Shown in pieces: positions 61,201-64,000 of a stretch of 64,000 nucleotides of DNA. Both the position numbers and the translations under genes were made by a program. The notes under the pieces are model-generated. The model searched no databases, had not been told where the DNA came from, and saw only the letters and a list, made by a program, of their open reading frames with translations. Position 1 is the stretch's first letter; each line of letters starts with the position of its first letter. The stretch is taken from contig CM060734.1 of the NCBI GenBank assembly GCA_030704615.1, positions 22,382,001 through 22,446,000 of the forward strand. Direction: 5' to 3'. The DNA is from Takakia lepidozioides. Lineage: Eukaryota > Plantae > Bryophyta.

Positions 61201-64000
61201 TGGCCAACCGGCTTCAGCAGCTAGAGCAGAGGCTCGCTGCCATGGTTACAGCTCAGGTGGTACCGGCTCTAAGGCCGGATGGTTCACCTCCTGCTCCTGA
61301 GGGAGGAGATATGGAAGGCATGGGATTCATGTGTGGAGCAGCACTACCACTAGTGCAGGTGGAGTGTGCTGCAGCCGTGACTCGAGGAACAACACGAGTT
61401 CCTGAGCCATGAGGTGCAGAGGTGGAGTTGGATCCATAGCGTGGGGAGGCAAGCCGTCAGGCTAGGCTTCCTCAGTCATTCACATTGGCGGAGACAGTGT
61501 CGACGCCATCCATGGCACCTAGTTCTCGCCTGACTGTTACCGAGGCGGAGGTTACTATGCCATTGGGGAGAGCTACACAGGTAGCACCACTACCTAGTGT
61601 CGCCAAGGCTACGGCAGCTAGTGTGCTGCTAGGAGCGGCCACATTTGTGTGCCAGGCTCCATTGTTCTCGGCTACCATGATTGCGACGCCGGGGGTAAGA
61701 CCAGCTGAGGTGTTTAGGCTGGCAGCTACACTTTGTGAGAGTGGGGAGGTTACTTCATCTTCTGCGGAGATACTGGGAGGTGTAGTGCCGGAGGGATCCT
61801 CGGATTTGAGGGTCAAGACTGCCCCAGCGGCGCCATGGCAAGCTGCAGCTGCCAGGTTGATGAAGCTGCCAACTAGGCCAGCCATTGAGCGCGCCATGGT
61901 GATACCTGGAGTTGTCATGTTAGACAACCAGGATGGCATTTTCTGTTTGAGTGGACCGGCAGGCAAGAGGTACCGGCCACTGCGGGTCTTGTTGGACTCG
62001 GGAGCTCAGCCACTGATGCTGGGCAGAGCTGCTATTGCAGGCTTGGGCCTCACGGAGGCGGATATGGAGCCTTGTCATTTCCAGATATAGACGTCTCTGG
62101 GAGGATCGGAGCAAGCTCGAGGCATGACACGGCGTGAGTTGGCTATCAGACTACGGCCGGATCACCCTATAGATGGCTTAGTGATGCGATCCAAGGCCAT
62201 TGTGACAGACGCGGTCTCATACGATGTCCTGGTTGGTGGGGCAGTGTTGTACCCCATGGGCTTCACCCTGGATTTTTGGGAGGAGTCAGCTTCCTATAGG
62301 CCTGCATGGTAGTCAGGGGAGGGCCGGCGTGTGCAGCTCCCTGTGACGTTCATAGGAGGAGTTGCGGTTGCCCAGCGAGGCAAGATGCCGACACTAGCAG
62401 CATTCACAGCGGCAGTGAGTTGGCCTAGAGAGTTGCTTGAGGGCAACGCTCATTCAGAGGATGTACCACCTCTAGGAGAGCAGGATGACATGTATGGTAT
62501 GGCGGAGTTGCCTACCATGGTTGCTCAGACTCCATTGTGGGGCACGAGCAAGGATTTGCAGCGGGATGCTAATCGACGGGTGCAACAAGCCTGGGTGGAG
62601 GCTTTTGTACCGTCAGGAGAGGAGGAGAGTGCGGGGATTGCACCAGGACCACCTCAATTGTCTCCATTGGACACCACACCTATTGTGTGGCAGTATCCAG
62701 ATGAAGGCATTTGTCTTCTGGACTTGTTTGGCGGGATCAGCACCAGATTTGCTGCTGTGTTACAGGCAGGTGTACGAGTTCGGCGTTACCTGTATGTGGA
62801 GAGGGATGAGACTGCACGACACGTTTCACTTCGCCATATTGCTCAGTTGGTGTAGCGGTACCCTGAGTTGTTGTCGGTGTCTGCAATTCGTGGATATCAG
62901 CAGGCCTTGCCAGCAGACATTTCGTTGTTGGGGGCGCAGGATTTGGAGCGGGTTGGCTCCATTGATCTGGTAGTGGCAGGTTGGCCCTGCCAAGGGCATT
63001 CATCAGCCGGGCATGGCAATGGATTGCGAGACTCGAGGTCGGGTCTGTTTTGGGAGATGGTGCGGGTTTTGCGCCACTTACAGCTTCATCAAGCTGTACC
63101 TCCAGCATACATCTTGGAGAATGTGCCACTGATGGGCAATTCTCGGGCCAGGGTGATGGCCAGTGTGCATCAAGTCCGGTCGTGGCTTGGGTCAGCAGTG
63201 TTGCTGGATGCAGCTGCAGTGGGGTCACGGGCTCATCGTCCACGGTTATGGTGGACTAACTTGATGCCACCCGCACTGCTTAAGCGTGCATTTGATGGGG
63301 TGCAGCGGCCAGCACATCTCACAATGGATAATATTCTGGACACAGGGAGGTAGTCTCAGCGTGTGAGACATGATGACCGTTCGCCTTTGGCAGTGGTCAA
63401 CAAGGTGGGTCAACCACGAGCAACATTACCTACACTGCTCAGCTTCCCAGGATCGCATGTTTTTCGGGATAGTGGACCTGGTCTCCTGTGGGATGCTCAG
63501 TTGCAGCAGTTAGTGGAGCCTAATGCCGACGAGCGAGAGCGGGCTATGGGATTTTCCACTGGGACCACGGCGGTGCCTTCTCTTTCTGAGGCATCACGTC
63601 GTCAGGTGTTGGGGCAAGCAATGGATCTCAATTGCTTGACCTGGATTATCAGCTTGGCTATGGCTGAGCAACGTAGAATGAGGAGTGCACTTCCCTTGAT
63701 GGTCTCTCTGCCTACTGAGACGGTACAGGCAGCGAGTGGGGGCGAGCCGGTGAGGACCACGGGGTGTAGATATCCATGGCACACGTGGGAGGTGCTCGAG
63801 GTTCAGAGGGAGTTGGCAGCCAAGGCAGCTGTGATGGATGAGGTTGGGGATTCTTCTCGGGATGAGGAGGTTCTCAATGATGAGATGATAGGGCAGGATG
63901 AGGACTTGTCATTGACTGAGCAGGAAGGGACGCGTCCTCTACCTCTAAGCCCACTGGACTTAAGGTTGCAGTTACGGAGGACAATTGGGAGCCTGACATT
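58250..64000 (+). mobile_element. Ty3/gypsy-type retrotransposon, copy 2 (runs off the window; internal deletion at about 60222; nonsense mutations)
   Basis: A at 58250-58576; leader, gag, PR and MTase are collinear with copy 1 up to about position 24594. Confidence 0.95.
62705..63640 (+). pseudogene. DNMT3-like C5 methyltransferase domain of copy 2
   Basis: LDLFGGI, GWPCQG (Cys at 62988), LENV, HRPRLWW, ERERAMGF and [10 protein letters not shown]; TAG stops at 62853 and 63351. Confidence 0.9.

Overview
Repeat-rich nuclear DNA from a land plant, probably a non-seed plant (SOG1-like NAC gene, PLS-type PPR remnants, GT-AG introns). Host genes are an LC8-type dynein light chain (39794-40815, +), a C2-like uncharacterised gene (43803-49071, -) and a SOG1-like NAC transcription factor (50061-53410, +). 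The rest is mostly mobile DNA: a MULE transposase, two L1-type LINEs, other LINE remnants and satellites. The main feature is a Ty3/gypsy-type retrotransposon family: a complete copy at 17463-28599, a truncated copy from 58250, the 5' end of a relative at 57821, and a diverged solo unit at 10931-11418. Its polyprotein carries a DNMT3-like C5 cytosine methyltransferase between protease and RT, and a PHD finger after the integrase. Instead of two LTRs it has a permuted A-[gag-pol]-B-GC-A-B repeat layout with TGTC...GACA ends and a 4-bp TSD, as if a 2-LTR circle had been opened at an internal palindrome (GACA|GC|TGTC). It also has a putative self-priming PBS. At the left edge, a spliced gene with a bacterial beta-class N6A/N4C methyltransferase fold lies beside an array of 22-bp palindromes. 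Many frameshifts look like long-read indel errors. Domain calls come from motif recognition by eye; no database search was run.
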